The notes: generated by a model not told the origin, from the letters alone. 64,000 bases of DNA from Eledone cirrhosa (GCA_964016885.1 OZ024742.1:145452001-145516000); one strand, 5' to 3'; counted from the stretch's first letter, positions 21,600 to 36,267 are shown. Numbers and translations: made by a program.

Positions 21600-23400
21600 G
21601 AGATAAATGTGTCCGGGATGATGCCGGTGTACTTAGTGTCACGAATGATCAGAAAAAGGAGGCCTGGAAATGACATTATGAGAGACTGATGAATGGGAGA
21701 GAGAGAAATTACCCTTGGTAGATCCGACAGAGGGACCAGCTATTGAGATTGACGAATATAGGGTCCAAGAGGCGATTAGAGAAATGAAAAATGGTAAGGC
21801 TGCCGGACCATCGGGAATAGTTGCTGAGATGCTGAAGGCATCAGGGGACGTAGGCACTAAACTGGTTGCACGCATCATCAATCAGGCTATATATGGTGGT
21901 GTCATACCCAAAGACTGGTGCAGCAGTATTCTCATAAATTGCTACAAGAGTAAAGGGGATGCTTTGGAGAGGAGCAATTATAGGGGTATAAAACTGATAG
22001 ATCAGGTTATGAAAGTGGCAGAAAGGATTTTAGCACAACTAATTAGAGAAAGGGTCAAACTAGATGAGATGCAGTTTGGTTTTGTGCCTGGGAAGAGTAC
22101 AGCAGATGGTGAGATAATTGCAAGAGAGGTTCTTAGAGAAGAATAAGCCACTATACTTAGCCTTTGTTGACCTAGAGAAGGCCTTTGATAGGGTACCCCG
22201 ATCTGTCATCTAGTGGTCCCTAAGGAAGCTAGGTGTTGAAGAATGGCTTGTGAGGACAGTGCAAACTTTGTACAGAGCTACTCTCAGTAAAGTCAGGGTA
22301 GGAATGGAGTTTAGTGAGGAATTCCAGATACAAGTAGGAGTACATCAGGGTTCGGTCTTCAGCCCGCTCTTGTTCATTATAGTCCTCCAAGCCATAACAG
22401 AGGAGTTTAAGACTAGCTGTCCATGGGAACTTCTCTATGCTGACGATCTGGTTCTTATAGCAAAATCAGTAGAGGAGCTAGAGAATATATTCTGGCTATG
22501 GAAACAGCAGTTGGAAGCAAGAGGACTGAGAGTGAATCTAGCTAAGACAAAAGTGTTGATGAGTAAAAAAGAGGACAAAACCCTGATTCCATCAGGGAAA
22601 TGGCCATGTTCGATATGCAGAAAAGGAACTGGCATAAATTCTATAAAATGCACACAATGCAGATCCTGGGTACACAAGAGATGTAGCGGGATAGCAGGCA
22701 AACTAACGGGTAGGGAGAAATATGTATGCAGTAGATGTACAGGGAAATTAGACAGTAGAAGTCGCATTGATAGACACATTTTTCAAATGCAGGAGGGTGC
22801 TATAGAAGTGGTGGATAGCTTCCGGTACCTAGGAGATCAGATTAGCATGGGAGGAGGGTGTTCCGAGGCCATAGTATCTAGAATAAGGACGGGTTGGAAG
22901 AAGTTTAGGGAGCTGCTTCTTCTGTTGACGAAGAAGGGTTTCTCCCTGCGTACGAAAGGCCGGTTGTATGATATCTGGTAGTGAGACATGGGCAGCAACT
23001 GCAGAGGATATGCGACGGCTGGAGAAAAATGAGGCAAGCATGCTCCGTTGGATGTGCAGTGTAAATGTGCGTGAACGACCCAGCATAAATGTGTTGAGAG
23101 AGAAACTGTGTCTGAGAGGGATAGAATGTAGTGTACGGGAGAGGAGACTGAGGTGGTATGGACATGTGATGCGCATGGAGGATGACCGATGGGTGAAGAA
23201 GTGCCAGGAATTGCCAGTTGAAGGAAGACGTGGTAGAGGTAGACTACGAAAAACATGGGCGAAGGTGGTGAGAACAGACCTCAGATCATTGAAGCTCACG
23301 GTGGAGATGACGAGTGGAGAGATGCTGTGCTGAAAAAGACCCGTCCCACCCTTGCAAGCAGGGAAAAGCGGACGTAAAATGATGATGATGATGATGATGA
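21600..23400 (+). mobile_element. RTE-clade LINE, 5'-truncated and decayed: RT, Cys-rich PHD-like insert, (GAT)n tail
   Basis: KAAGPSG, NYRGIKL, QFGFVPG, GVHQGSVFSPLLF, LLYADDL, FRYLG, LRWYGHVMRM; several frameshifts and stops. Confidence 0.92.
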
Positions 23401-23569
23401 TTCAGTTACAACAGTGACATATGCAGATACTTAAGTTTCATTGGGTTATTAAGCCTACTCATTCAGTCTGCTATATTGTGATGGAATACTTCCAAGAAGA
23501 TTCTTGGTAAGATAGGAGAGCTCTAAGGGCAGGGAATCCTTACAAGTCCGAGTTCAGTTTTGGAAGGGT

Positions 23570-23896
23570 TTATGTGTCTATAGGTTGGTTTGTAAGTGAA
23601 TTCATCCTTGTGATCCTTAATTGTAATGTAAGTGTCTCTCCAAGCCAAGCATTTTGACATGTTGTGTGTGTGGAAAAAATGTTAGTGACTAGATTAAGAA
23701 GATCGGCCTTAAAAGAATCGAAGTCATTTACCTTAGGTGAGTAATTCCTAGATTTTAGGTTAAAAATATCGGCTGAACTTGATAGTTTTCTGTTGAAGGC
23801 CAGTGCCTGCCATCTCAATCGTTTGACTACATCTTCAACTTTGTGAAGGAAGAACTTCAAATAAGTCTGATTAGATGGAGTTGCTATATTTTTCAA
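23570..23896 (-). mobile_element. Fragment of another PLE lineage (resembles the N-terminus of Hydra-clade PLE proteins)
   Basis: LKNIATPS...YLKFFLHKVEDVVKRLRWQA...FNLKSRNYSPKV..FDSFKADLLNLV; recognised from memory only. Confidence 0.5.
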
Positions 23897-24702
23897 TAGT
23901 AATCAATCTTTCAGAGGAAGGTACTCGGATATATAGCATGCTCAACAGGTTATGGTGGGTTGCTAATCATACATGTGTGTAGGAATCTGCTAGTCGCAAT
24001 AAGTTCTTGGAGCTATATTATCATGTAAGGTACTCAGATATATTGAGCACTCAACAGATTAAAATGGGTTGCCAATTATGCCAATTATACACGTATGTAA
24101 AAATCTACTACTCACAATAAGCTCCTTGTTTATCATGTGTATCCCAGTTTTTAGAATAGGTACATTATATCCCTACATGCAGTAAGAGGCTACTCAAAGG
24201 GAAGGATATATCAGTGTAAAACATTGTCTCAAAACATCTCATCTAACCCATGCCAGCATGGAAAAGTAGACATAAAAACAATGATGATGATGATGTTAAA
24301 TACCATGAAAATCAGGATAATTTTAAGCATAGTGCAGCACCATCTGATAGTGGTAGTGGAGTAACAGTGCCAGATTACTGGGAACATCCTTATCTTTAAT
24401 CTTTCTAGGGTTAATAATAAAAAATACCAGTAATGTCCTAGGTCATTAATTTTGTGACAATGTTGTAGCCTAGGCAGTGATGTAATTTCAACCATTCCCT
24501 AACCCCACTTTCTCTTACTATTGAATTTTTTTCTCTTTCTTTTTTGCTTTTCTGTTTTAATATGCAAGCATTGATAAATTGTAAATATTCTTCTATAATA
24601 AAGTTTTCTTTGGTTGGAAAAATGTTTGTAACCAATATTAGAAATACTTATTTTACCATATTTTCTTTGATCTAATGTTAGCTTTGTTTAATATTTTTTC
24701 AG

Positions 24703-25050
24703 CGAAACAAACTAGAATCCAGTACAGGGTCTTTAAATATGGGAGTGGAGCCAGTAAAACGCTCAGCCAACTTTCCGTTCAATGCTCCCAGTTTGTATGG
24801 AGATCTGCCTCCAGGTGGCGCCAGCGATGGTCAGAGTAGCATTGGAAGTTCTTATAGCATAGCAGCCAAACTTGGTCTACCAATCCCGAACTTGGCACCA
24901 AGTCTTGAAGAAGAAGAAACAGTGGTGCCGGCAGTGAAAGCAAACCCAGTGGTGATTAACCCCGAAGATGCTGCCAAGGAACCAAAAAAGAAGAAATATG
25001 CAAAGGAAGCTTGGCCTGGCAAAAAGCCATTGCCGACATTGCTTGTGTAA
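24703..25050 (+). CDS. PPP1R8: NIPP1 last coding exon
   Basis: CAG| in frame; SLYGDLPP, LGLPIPNLAP and the C-terminal EPKKKKYAKEAWPGKKPLPTLLV* diagnostic of NIPP1. Confidence 0.96.
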   Translation, partial: RNKLESSTGSLNMGVEPVKRSANFPFNAPSLYGDLPPGGASDGQSSIGSSYSIAAKLGLPIPNLAPSLEEEETVVPAVKANPVVINPEDAAKEPKKKKYAKEAWPGKKPLPTLLV

Positions 25051-25096
25051 GGACTGTAGTGTGTATATTTATGTATGTGTGTATGGATGGACTATA

Positions 25097-25127
<31 letters not shown>

Positions 25128-26381
25128 AGTATGTCTTATGAACAGATAGACTTTGCTATTTTGGTACTGTGGGCTCTGTGTGGACAGTAACTGACAAAAA
25201 GAAAGTAATGTGTGTGTGTGTATGTATATATATATATATATGTGTGTGTGTTTGTGTGAGGTAATGGCATTGTGTGAGGGGTGGGAGAGAGAGTAAGAGA
25301 AATAGCTCACGTGGAACTGTTCCCTGAACCACTCTGTAACTGCTGCACTTGTTACTACTACTATTACTACAACTACCACCACAACCACAACTGTTAAAGT
25401 TTCTATTTCTACTATTATATTACTACCATTGTCACTGGACTACTAGTGACCTACTCTGATACAAACAACACTGTCAATGATACCAATACGTCCACTCCTA
25501 ATTTCTACTACAATTGTCAACAACACCACTACTACTACCACCATCATCATCAACAACATTCACAGAACACTACCACTTCTGTTATCGGTCATTAATATTT
25601 TATTTTTATCAACACTACTACTGCAGCTACTACTACCATAATTATCAAGTACTCCTACATCTAACATTGCCACCATCAGAACTATTATTGTTATTTCTTT
25701 CAACTGTACTACTACTAAAGTAGTTAACATTGTTACTATTTCTACATGCACCATTACTACCATCAGCATCAGTATTCATTATTCACCATCACCACACCAA
25801 CCATCACAATTATGACCTACTACTGCTATTACTATTACTACTACTAATACTCTTGTTCCTGATTTGTGTACTACTTTAACCCATACTGTAAATTCTACAT
25901 AAAAAAGAGCTGCAATTACAGATTTTTATACAAAATGTGTACATATGATTATTTATGTATGCGTATATGTGTGTGTGTTACTTACATGTCTATGATACAA
26001 GTCTGAGAACTTGTATGCATTTGTAAGCACCCAGCACTCACTGTAAATGAGGTTGGTGTTAGGAAGGGCATCCAGCTGTAGAAATCAAGCCAGAATCAGT
26101 TCCCATATGAGCAAGACAAGGTCAGCCGACCGGACACTGCCCACAACAGGACAACCCGTCTAACCCATGCTAGCGTGGAAGAACGGACGTAAAACGGTGA
26201 TGATGATGATGATGATGATGATGATGTGTGCATTGATGAGCATATGCATGTCTATTTGTGAACGTGTTTGTGTGTGTGTGTACATTTAGATGTAAAGAGA
26301 AGAGAAAACTTCACAATACATGTGGTAGTTTAGCTATAGTGAGATATTGAAACGTGTACTTTAAATAAATGAATGTATGTT

Positions 26382-26420
<39 letters not shown>

Positions 26421-28121
26421 AAACGATCTATTTTTAGAATCATTGAGCAATAGAAAGTTTGTGAATTTGAAAGAAGTGTCAATGTTGTTTGACTATGAAA
26501 AATAGTTTAAGTTGGGCATATAAAACCTGAAGATGGAAAAATTTGTACAGCAGGGTGCTATTAAGTTAGACCTGGCCTGGGCCAATACTGGCCAAAACCT
26601 ATCAAAGTTAAGTTATCGTTCATTTTCAGGGTTTATATGCCCAACTTAGAATATTTTTCATAGTCAAACAATGTTGACACATCTTCCAAATTCACAAAAT
26701 ATATATATTTGGAGATATGTTTGAATGTATGATTTTGGTTGTGCTTGTTCATAAATATATATATATATATATATATTGAAATAGCTCCTAATCTAAACAG
26801 TGGTGGACATAACTGGACCCCCCAAAACCTAAGGTTGTGCATACATTATACTAAATAAGCTCTCTAGCAATAGATTGAGCATTATTTTCTTTGGCTTTTT
26901 ATCTACAGATATCCTGCACACACATACACAAACAGACAAGTTGATAGATAGGTTTGAATCTGCACACATATGTATGATTATAAATATGAAACTTTGTGTG
27001 GTTGTAATGTGTTTATTTTTGTGTAGCAGCTGGTATTTTCCCTTCAAGTTTATTGGATATTATTTATGAATGTTGACTGTCTTGGAGGAGTTAACTAGTC
27101 TGATAGATGGATAAAGACAAACAGATGGAAGAAGGCTAGATAGAGAGGAGTAGAGGAACAATAAAGAAGGAATAGGAAAAAAGAGTCATCATCATTGTTT
27201 AACATCTACTTTCCCTGCTAGCAAGGGTTGGAATGGTCTACGTAGACCAAGTCAGTACTAAAGTAAGGCTACTGACCCCCCAGACAGCCTGGGGTGTCTG
27301 CATCTTACTTGATGTACAGTCTTACATTCTATTGAGTGCACAGGGGAGCTGGTCATGTCTTTGACACAACTAAAGGGTTTCTACAGATGAATGCCCTTCC
27401 TATCACTGACCACTTTACATCATGTACTGGGTGCATTTATCATGTAAATCATCAACACTAGAGAGGCTGTCATGTCCTTGACATGACTGAAGGGTCTACC
27501 CAACCCTTTGTTTGGCAATCTTTCTATGGCTGGATGCTCTAGAGAGGATCTCACACTGCATCATGCCTGAAGGGTCCTCTCAATCCCCCCCTCCCTTTCT
27601 TTATAAGCATGATTTCTACATTGGGGTGCCGATTTTACCCTTGTCCCAATGGGAGATCCTTCTCTGCTCAGGGAAGAGGGATAGGCAGCAGATATGTGTA
27701 AAATTATGACAATGTGCTGTGATTTGATAGGGCAATAAGTGGGGATCATGGATGGTGGTCATTAGTGCTGAGGTGCCTACAATCCCAATACACCTCTTGT
27801 GTACTCACACCTTACATTGAGTACATTGCATAGAGTTCCTATCTACCCCTTTTTTTATGTATTGAGCATGGCTATTTACTTGGTGAGATCAACGCTTAGT
27901 CCTCTTTCTCACTAAAACTTTGGTCTTTGCTAGGCTTACTCTGAGCCCTTTTAATAATTCTTAGTTCTGTTATAACAACAGGAATGTTTTCTCTAGCTCT
28001 TCCATAGATTCAGTTATAAAAACTGGGTCATCAGCATACAGAAGTTCCCATGGACAGCCGGTCATAAACTCTTCTGTGAGCCAAGGACGGCTCCCTGATT
28101 GTATTCATCACTAAACTCATT

Positions 28122-28257
<136 letters not shown>

Positions 28258-29469
28258 CAATTAGTACTTACCGTATATACTCATATATGCCGAGAAATAT
28301 ATGACAAAGAAAATTGAAGGCAAAATGGGGGTCAGCTTATATTCAAAGTCAATATATTGCAGATTTTCACAAACTTCAAATTCTACATAAATGAGGTGTT
28401 TCTTCGCTTTGGAAGTGAATATTACACCAGTTTTACGTTGTTTTTTATTTGTTTGAATGAATATGGCCTTTCAAATGGTCAGAAATTGGTAAAGAAAAAA
28501 ATCATTACATAATGGAGTTGTGAAATAAAAACCAAACTCTAAACGACACTTAAAATATTATAAATATCAAAATATTAAAACTTCATAAATATATTCTCCA
28601 CTCATAAGAATTTCAAAACTGCACCATTTAAACATAATGTGTTGATGAGATGCTGCAGCTTTTACATACAGTTTGGATTTTTGCCCACTTCTCAGAGATA
28701 AAATAGGTGATCTGCTTATATTCAGATCATTTATATAAAAAATTCTTAACCGTTAATTTATAATTATTCATATTATTGGGGTTATTTTTTTTTTGTACGT
28801 ATTGAATTGGAGTGTGTCACTTTGTTATGTTAGGTAGTAGTAGAATACTACATAACTACTAGAGGCTGAAGGGACCACAAATTATATGAAAAGTAAATGT
28901 GAAGATGTTATTGTTTAGCCCCAAGTCATTCCTGTTGAGGCGATCCTATGATCAAAGGCATAGCAGTCATAATCATTCCACCTTATTTTCATACATATTG
29001 CATCAAAAACCTCATTATCCAATGTTTTCTTTTCTAAGGAGGTAGTGTGTGATTTGAGAGATATTTGGCTGCAATATGTAGCAGATCAAATGACCTCATA
29101 GATTTTGTTAATGTATATTTATTTTTGGAGCTAGAAGTGTTAGTTTATACCAGTAAAACATCTATAGCCTAATTTGACAGTGCTCTGTGGTGTAGTTGAT
29201 AACATGCTTGATCAGAATGTGATAAATATGAGGTTTCAAGTCATGGAGTGTCAGTTAGTTTTCTATTCTGAGTTCTTGTGTATGTTTGTGTATACATACA
29301 TGTATGTATATGTGCATATATGTATATATACATTTGTATGTGTAGATACACATTCTTCATTTTGTTGCCAAAAGGATTACATGAGATGTGAAATTCTAGT
29401 TAGTAATGGTATGAATTATCAACATCAAAAGAATATCATCACCATCATCATAATCAACATCAACATTTT

Positions 29470-30420
29470 TACATTGTTTTCTATTTGTATGGATTAAATG
29501 AGACCTTTCCAGTAGAGTATCCCTCCACATGTCTCTTTCCTTTGTCATTACCTTTGTGAGGTTCAGTATCTTGAGATACACTTTCACACAATATGCCCTT
29601 TGCTCAGAGAAAGAATCCCTTTGCTGCCAACAGTTAGTAGCTTTCTGAATTTGTTCCACCCTGTTTTTATTCTGGGTACTTAATATGTTTGGAGCACTTT
29701 CCTCCACTTCAATTTGGTCACATAAATGACAGAAGCTATCGACTATTTCTTTGGAGTCTTCCTTGGATTGGAACATGTACTGGTGCTCTTACTGCTAACA
29801 TCTGTGCATCTGCCACAAAATCTCTTTTCTCTGTTAGCCTGCTTGAGATACAACTACACCCCTTGTGCACCTATAGTTTACAATAGGCCCAAAGTATGGA
29901 GTTTCTTCCAACTCTTTTTCTGTATATCAAGCACAGCCATTTCCCTGATAGAAGCAGAGTCATGTCTTCTTTCCTACTTACTGAGATTTCAGTCCTTGTT
30001 AAATTTATTCTGGGGACTTCTCTAAATTTGCAGATTCAGCTATAAATAGGCCATCAGCATATAGAATCTCTCAGGGACAGCTGGTCTTAAACCCCTGGAG
30101 AAATAGTAAACAGGTATGGGCTGAAAACTGAGGTTTGATGGTCACTGACTTGCTTGCACTGCTCTCACAAGCCATTCATCTACACAGTTTTCTTAAAGAC
30201 AACCAGATAACAAATCATAGTACTCTATCAAAGGCTATTTCCAAATCAACTAAAGCTTATAAGGGCTTACTCTTAGCTAGGAACTTTTCTTGCTGTGTTT
30301 CACTAAGAAAAGAGCATCAGTGCTACTCCATCTTCACATAAATCCAAACTGCATCTTATTAAATCTAATTGTGTTACAACTCTTTTTGTTACTTTTCTAA
30401 CTTGATCAATCAGTTTGATG
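29470..30420 (-). mobile_element. Heavily decayed RTE LINE fragment
   Basis: Remnants such as IVDSFC, MTKERDMWR and the CPWE/YAD region on the minus strand. Confidence 0.5.
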
Positions 30421-33400
30421 CCTGTGGCTGTGATAAATTTTGAAACATTGAGCATATTTGAAAAAGTAAAAAACAGCTTTAATTTTTAAATTGATGGTTA
30501 AGATTTGTTTGATAAGACTTATATTTTAATTATTTTTTCAAAAAATCTATGTGGTTTTAAATTTTACTACTCCATAGGTTTAGAATTACAAATTTAAAAA
30601 AAATTACAAAATTTGTTCAAATTTGTGAGTCCAAGGTTTTTTATAGCATTAAGTTATGATGGGAAAGTGACCAAATTTGTCACATATTAAAGGAATGCAC
30701 ATTGTTCAGCTACATAAGTAAGATGTTTGTTTCTGAAACATCACATTTTATCTGAATTACAGTAATTCTTTTGTGAAGGTTATTATCACCTATGTAGACA
30801 CTGGCAGCTATCATGACATTACTAGAAGTGGCAGACCATTAACGTGTTTGATAGCAACCTACCAAAAAACTGCTTCTTGTTCTATGAAACAACTCAACCG
30901 ATAGTAAAGGGTTCATATTTAAATTACAATCTCCCATCATAATTTGATAGAACCGTTTCTTATGTTACAAATACCATCTTAATAAAGAAACAAATAATTT
31001 TAGCAAATCATTCTAAATTCTTCATTAATTCAAATACAGTGTATTTCATTAGAAATAAAGTCCCAAAGGGGTTTTTGAATGTTGAAGACAGTCATTGACA
31101 GTCTAACAGATAAACTACAAAATAACTACAGAGGGCATAAAGCAGAGATTTGATATACACAACAGACTTAGACTGTCTATAGATGGCTCAAGTGAGTAAG
31201 ACAAAATTTCATGTAAGATGACATTTTCATAAAGAACTGAAAAGAATGTCAGAGCTCTTGCTACGCAGATTCTTGTTAAAATCCAAGTTCAACTAGCTCG
31301 AATTTGATTGCAGGATGTATTGCATAGCATTGTTTTCATAAGAAACTGAATATCTGCTGTTTTCAGACAGCAGATATTCAGTTTCTGAATAACCTGAAGC
31401 ACACCACACATTTTCTCAAACAATTCATTTCTGATTTTAAAAATGTTTAAATCTCTAAAATGAAGTCAATCATGACATCAGAGCTCAAAAACTAAGGAAT
31501 TTAAACAATATGTTCAGTGTGAACAAAGAATCATCATTTTACATTGACTTTTTCATGCTGGTGTAGGTTGGAGAGGACTTTTAAAGGTAATATTTTATGG
31601 GCAAACACCCATTTAGCTGCTTCTTATGACATGCATGAACACAGTGTCCATATTCTAAACCAGATCTGGGAACAAATTCTGATACGTGTTACCTGAATGA
31701 ATCACATGTTGTAAAGTTGATGAGAGAAAAAGATACAACACTGGATAATAATATGTCTTAAATATTTTTCAATAAGGAACTGTTGTTTGTGTTAAACTTT
31801 TTCATGCCAAACCACCCCTTATTCTATGATTAAAAAAAAAAGGTTTATTTAAAACTTATATTTTCCTAAAAACCTTTCATTATAATAACTTTGCTTTCAA
31901 CCTTACGGGGGTTGATAAAATAAAGTACCAGTAATGTACTAGGTAATTGCTGGCCTTGTGCCAAAAGTAGAAACAATTATAATAATGTATGAACCTTTGT
32001 TAAGTTATGTTCCAAACATCAGTTTAATAATGAAAAAGTTAGCTATTTTACTAAACCCCTCCCAATTCTTCATTATTTTCAAAATTATTAGAAAATCATA
32101 GGCAGTGTCTTTCATTAGAAATATGATAACAAAAGGGTTAATAATACTGTTTTCATATCTGGTTTGAAATATATGGCATTTTGAACAGCTTGGCACCAAT
32201 GACATTGCAACTAATTTCTACATCTGAGTGAACTGTAGCAACATGAAATAGTGTTTTGCTCAAGAACACAATGAACTGCCAGGTTCAGAATCCAAATTCA
32301 CAATTTTACAATTGCGACCTCAACCCTCTAACCACTAAGCCAATCACCACAATATATAGAATGAAAATTAAAGAACATTGAAATAAAGACATTTCAATAT
32401 ATACAGTGATAAGATTTTGAAAAAAAGTTAAATAATATACATTTAATTTGCCCATTTGCTTCATAACACTACAATTTTTTTATAATCATTTCAATGAATC
32501 TTAATATATAGCAGTTACTAGCAGGGAAAGCGGATATTAAACAAGGATGATGATGAGGTGTGTGTAGTTAAGGGTAATCCAGTGACCCATTATTCTGAAG
32601 TTTCCTTGCTTGCTACAGGTTCCTGAAACAGTTAAAGACTGGACAGTCTCTAACTCTTTGAAGAAAGTAACATGCCACCAATTCAGCCTTAGCTAATTTC
32701 TACTATGGTAGTGAGTACTCTTTCTCCCATTATCTAATACTCAACCATCTTCATAAACCATGATTATATATATATATCAGATAATTGTGTGTTTTTTATC
32801 CTGTAACTCCTGAGGGAGTTACAGGAGAGCTGTATTGGCTTACTGTATTTCTGGAGCATTTTTTTAAAACCTGGCAGGGCCCATCTCCTCTCCAGGTCTG
32901 ACTACAGTTGATTTCTTCCAGAGAAGGATGGAAGTGAAAAAGAAATTTAGAAGAAGAATTGCCCCCAGTATTAAACTGGGTTTTTTTTTTATCGACTATG
33001 AATGGATGAAAGGCAAAGTTTACTTCAGTGGGATTTGAACTGAGAGGGCAGAGAGCCAAAATGAGTACTACAAAACATTCTGTCTGACATTCTAATGACT
33101 CTTCCAATTCGCCACCATCAGATAATTGTAGAGGTGCTCAAAACATTAGCATATAGTACTAAATAAGGGTATCTTATATGGCTTCCCTCTTCTCACTTTT
33201 AATCCTGTTAGAATTGTATTTTCCTCTCCCATATCTGTAGCACACTGGGATCAATTCAATTGAATATGCATCTTTAATATGAAAGTTGACTTTTTACATA
33301 TTCAAAATAAGTTATTGTTTTATGATTGCTGACATATCTATTTATGTATCTAAACAATTTAAAGGTCTGTATAGAGCTAGTAAGCCATGACTGACTAGGG

Positions 33401-33896
33401 GAAGTAAGTATCTAGTACTTACAATTGAGAATTTAAAAAAAAACATGATAGAGAGATAAGTAAATATAAAAATAAAAGAAAATAAAAATTTAATTGGGAA
33501 GACCAACAGAATTGCTGTACAATTTTCTTATACAACTTTCTCGGATTTGATATTGTACTTCTTCCAGTTTCAAAAATCTTGGACATCTAAACTCATGGAA
33601 ATTTGTGAATTTTATAAAAACATTAGGCTTCATTTAATTACATGTCAATGATGGATCAAAATCACACAAATCTCATTTAATCACACATTTTCTAGGAAAT
33701 GTTAAGCTGCACTATAGACCATAGATACATTTCTTGTCAATGTGTTTTCACAGAATCTCTGAGTGTTATGTCAAATTATAGAACAGTGGTTGGCAGTTTA
33801 TTTAATTTGGCATGTCAGACTAACAACTTTTATGACACTGGCAGGCTAAGTCTGAATTAATTCAATCAAGTGTTCATGTGTTGACTATAGACTTTC

Positions 33897-33965
<69 letters not shown>

Positions 33966-34705
33966 TTCTTCCATATAATTAAACTATTTGTACTATTTTA
34001 AAGATATAAAAAATAAACCATTTTTAGAAAATTGTTTGTCTTATATCAATACATATTCAGTTGTTAATAAACTTTAAGTCTCTTTGTTTCTGTAAAAGGA
34101 TATTCAGTTCAACATTGTGAACTACAATGGTTAGAAGGGCTACTGGACTACTAACCTCATGGTCATGGGTTCATATCTTACTGCTGTCATTGTGTAGTGC
34201 TCATGAACAAAGAACCTCACTCAGTCTGCACCACTTGCCTAAAACAACAGCTTCCATTCCTAATTTAATGGTTGAGTGATTATTAATTATAAAGTGTATT
34301 CAGCTATGAAAACAATTACTTCAACAAATAAATAATCTCACTTATTCAAGTATTAGAAAATTAATATAAAACTAAATATAACATCCCCTCCCACATACAT
34401 GCTTTGATGGATGTGCAATGTTAATGTGTGAGAAGGACAAAGCTTGGATGAACTGAGAGAGAAACTAGGTATAAGAGGAATCAAATGTAGAGCACAGGTG
34501 AGGAGACTAATGCGTAAGGCGGGGTGATCGTTGGGAGAAGTGCCAAGTAATCCCAGTAGGGGAAAGACCTAGCTGAAAGAGGTAAGAGCTGATCACAGAG
34601 GAAATGTTAAAATACATGAAAAATATCTAACGTTCTCATATTTCACATGGCAAAAATGTTTAGTATATCAGTATTAGTACATTCTATATTTATGTTTTAG
34701 TTAGA

Positions 34706-34910
34706 GAGGGCAGATGATTGGCAGTATTGAATGCTTTGCAGCATTTTGTTACTACCCTTTACTTTCTGAGTTCAAATCTCAACGAGGTTAACTTTGCCTT
34801 GCCTTTCATCCTTTCAGAGTCGATAAAATAAAGTACCAGTAACTTACTGAGGTCGATTTAATCGACTTCTCTTCCAATTGCTGGCCTTGTACCAACATAG
34901 AAACAATTAT
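34706..34910 (+). mobile_element. tRNA-derived SINE, second family (Meta-domain-like core)
   Basis: GAGTTCAAATC B box; GCCTTTCATCCTTTCAGAGTCGATAAAATAAAGTACCAG core; same family as 63033-63224. Confidence 0.7.
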
Positions 34911-36267
34911 TTAGTTGGAGACTGTATTCTGAGTCCAAATACCACTTTACATTTTACCCGTCTGTGTCAGTCAAAGGAAAGGCTTGACCTTTGAAAATCT
35001 GGTAAAATAATATCTTTTCTAATTACTTTTGCTCCCTATGGAGCATTAGGTGGCGAGAGATGTCCACCAAAGCCCAGTCACAAGCCTGCTCTCCGATCCG
35101 CCATTCATTTAAAATGAGAAGAAAAAAATAAATAAAGGGAAGTCAATCTAACTAATTTTCTTTTAGTTACTATGTAAAGTTGTTTCCCTTCCTTCGATTC
35201 TCTTTCGGAGTTACGGACTTCCGACCGCCCAGTATTTCTAAACATACCCCATTACCCATTGTTATAAATTATTAGGGATATTTATAAATTCCATGAAAAG
35301 TGACAAAAATCAAGTTGTCCACGGCTGAAATTAAACTTTGAATTTTACATACGTCCATGTTATCTAATTTGAATAGAGCCTCTATGCAGTCACCCAACCT
35401 GTTAGAAATAACAACCAAATTGCTCTGAAATCATATACTACTGTTTTAAAAAGTGGGTGATAAATATTGTGGGCCTGTGTGCACCATGCCTAGATAAAAG
35501 ACAGAACAGCTACAGATGAAACGCCTTCAATCATGGTCTGTTCGATAAACAATAACAAGCATTTAATATAAAAGGGTTGGGGATTGAGACCGATAAAATA
35601 AAGTACCACAATGGCCTCAAATATGAAATTTTGAAAGTATGGAACGGTGAAGTAAATAAGGTAATACTAGTACTGATAATTATAAGAACTCTAGGATATG
35701 TAACAGATAATCTATCTAAAAATTTGTAACAAATTGGATTTTATCTTAATATAGAACCTGTGTAAAAATCATGCCTACATAGCACTGCCAGAATAATTGG
35801 AAGAGCAGAAAGCAATTCTTATTATCTTCTTAAGCTCTTAAATGAAGCCTGATGGTAAGAAGAACAATACCAGTAGTTAATATCAACTGTCGAAATTAGG
35901 CATGTGGGTTTTCACACTGAAGGGTTCAGGTTTGTCGTTGATCTTTAGGATGTTGGTAATCTGTTTGCCTTGGGTGTTGATTTCATTGAGTGCATTAACA
36001 TCGATGTTAAGTCCAAATAGAATACGTATTTGGTATATATAAATTATACCGTGTTTCTTGTACGATATATGGCTCTTTCTCTTTATATATATACACATAT
36101 ATCTTTTCATGGCCATTTGAAATTACATGGCAACAATAGCATATTAAAATGTAATAGTACCACTGAGAAAGAGTGAATCTGAATAATTAACCAACCAAAT
36201 TTTTAACACTTAAAAACAATGTAACTAATTACATCATCATAATTAAATATATCATTTATAGTAATAT

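Noticed and set aside
25092-25850. Val/Thr-rich ORFs after the PPP1R8 stop codon
   Set aside because: Derived from degenerate (ACT/ACC)n trinucleotide tracts
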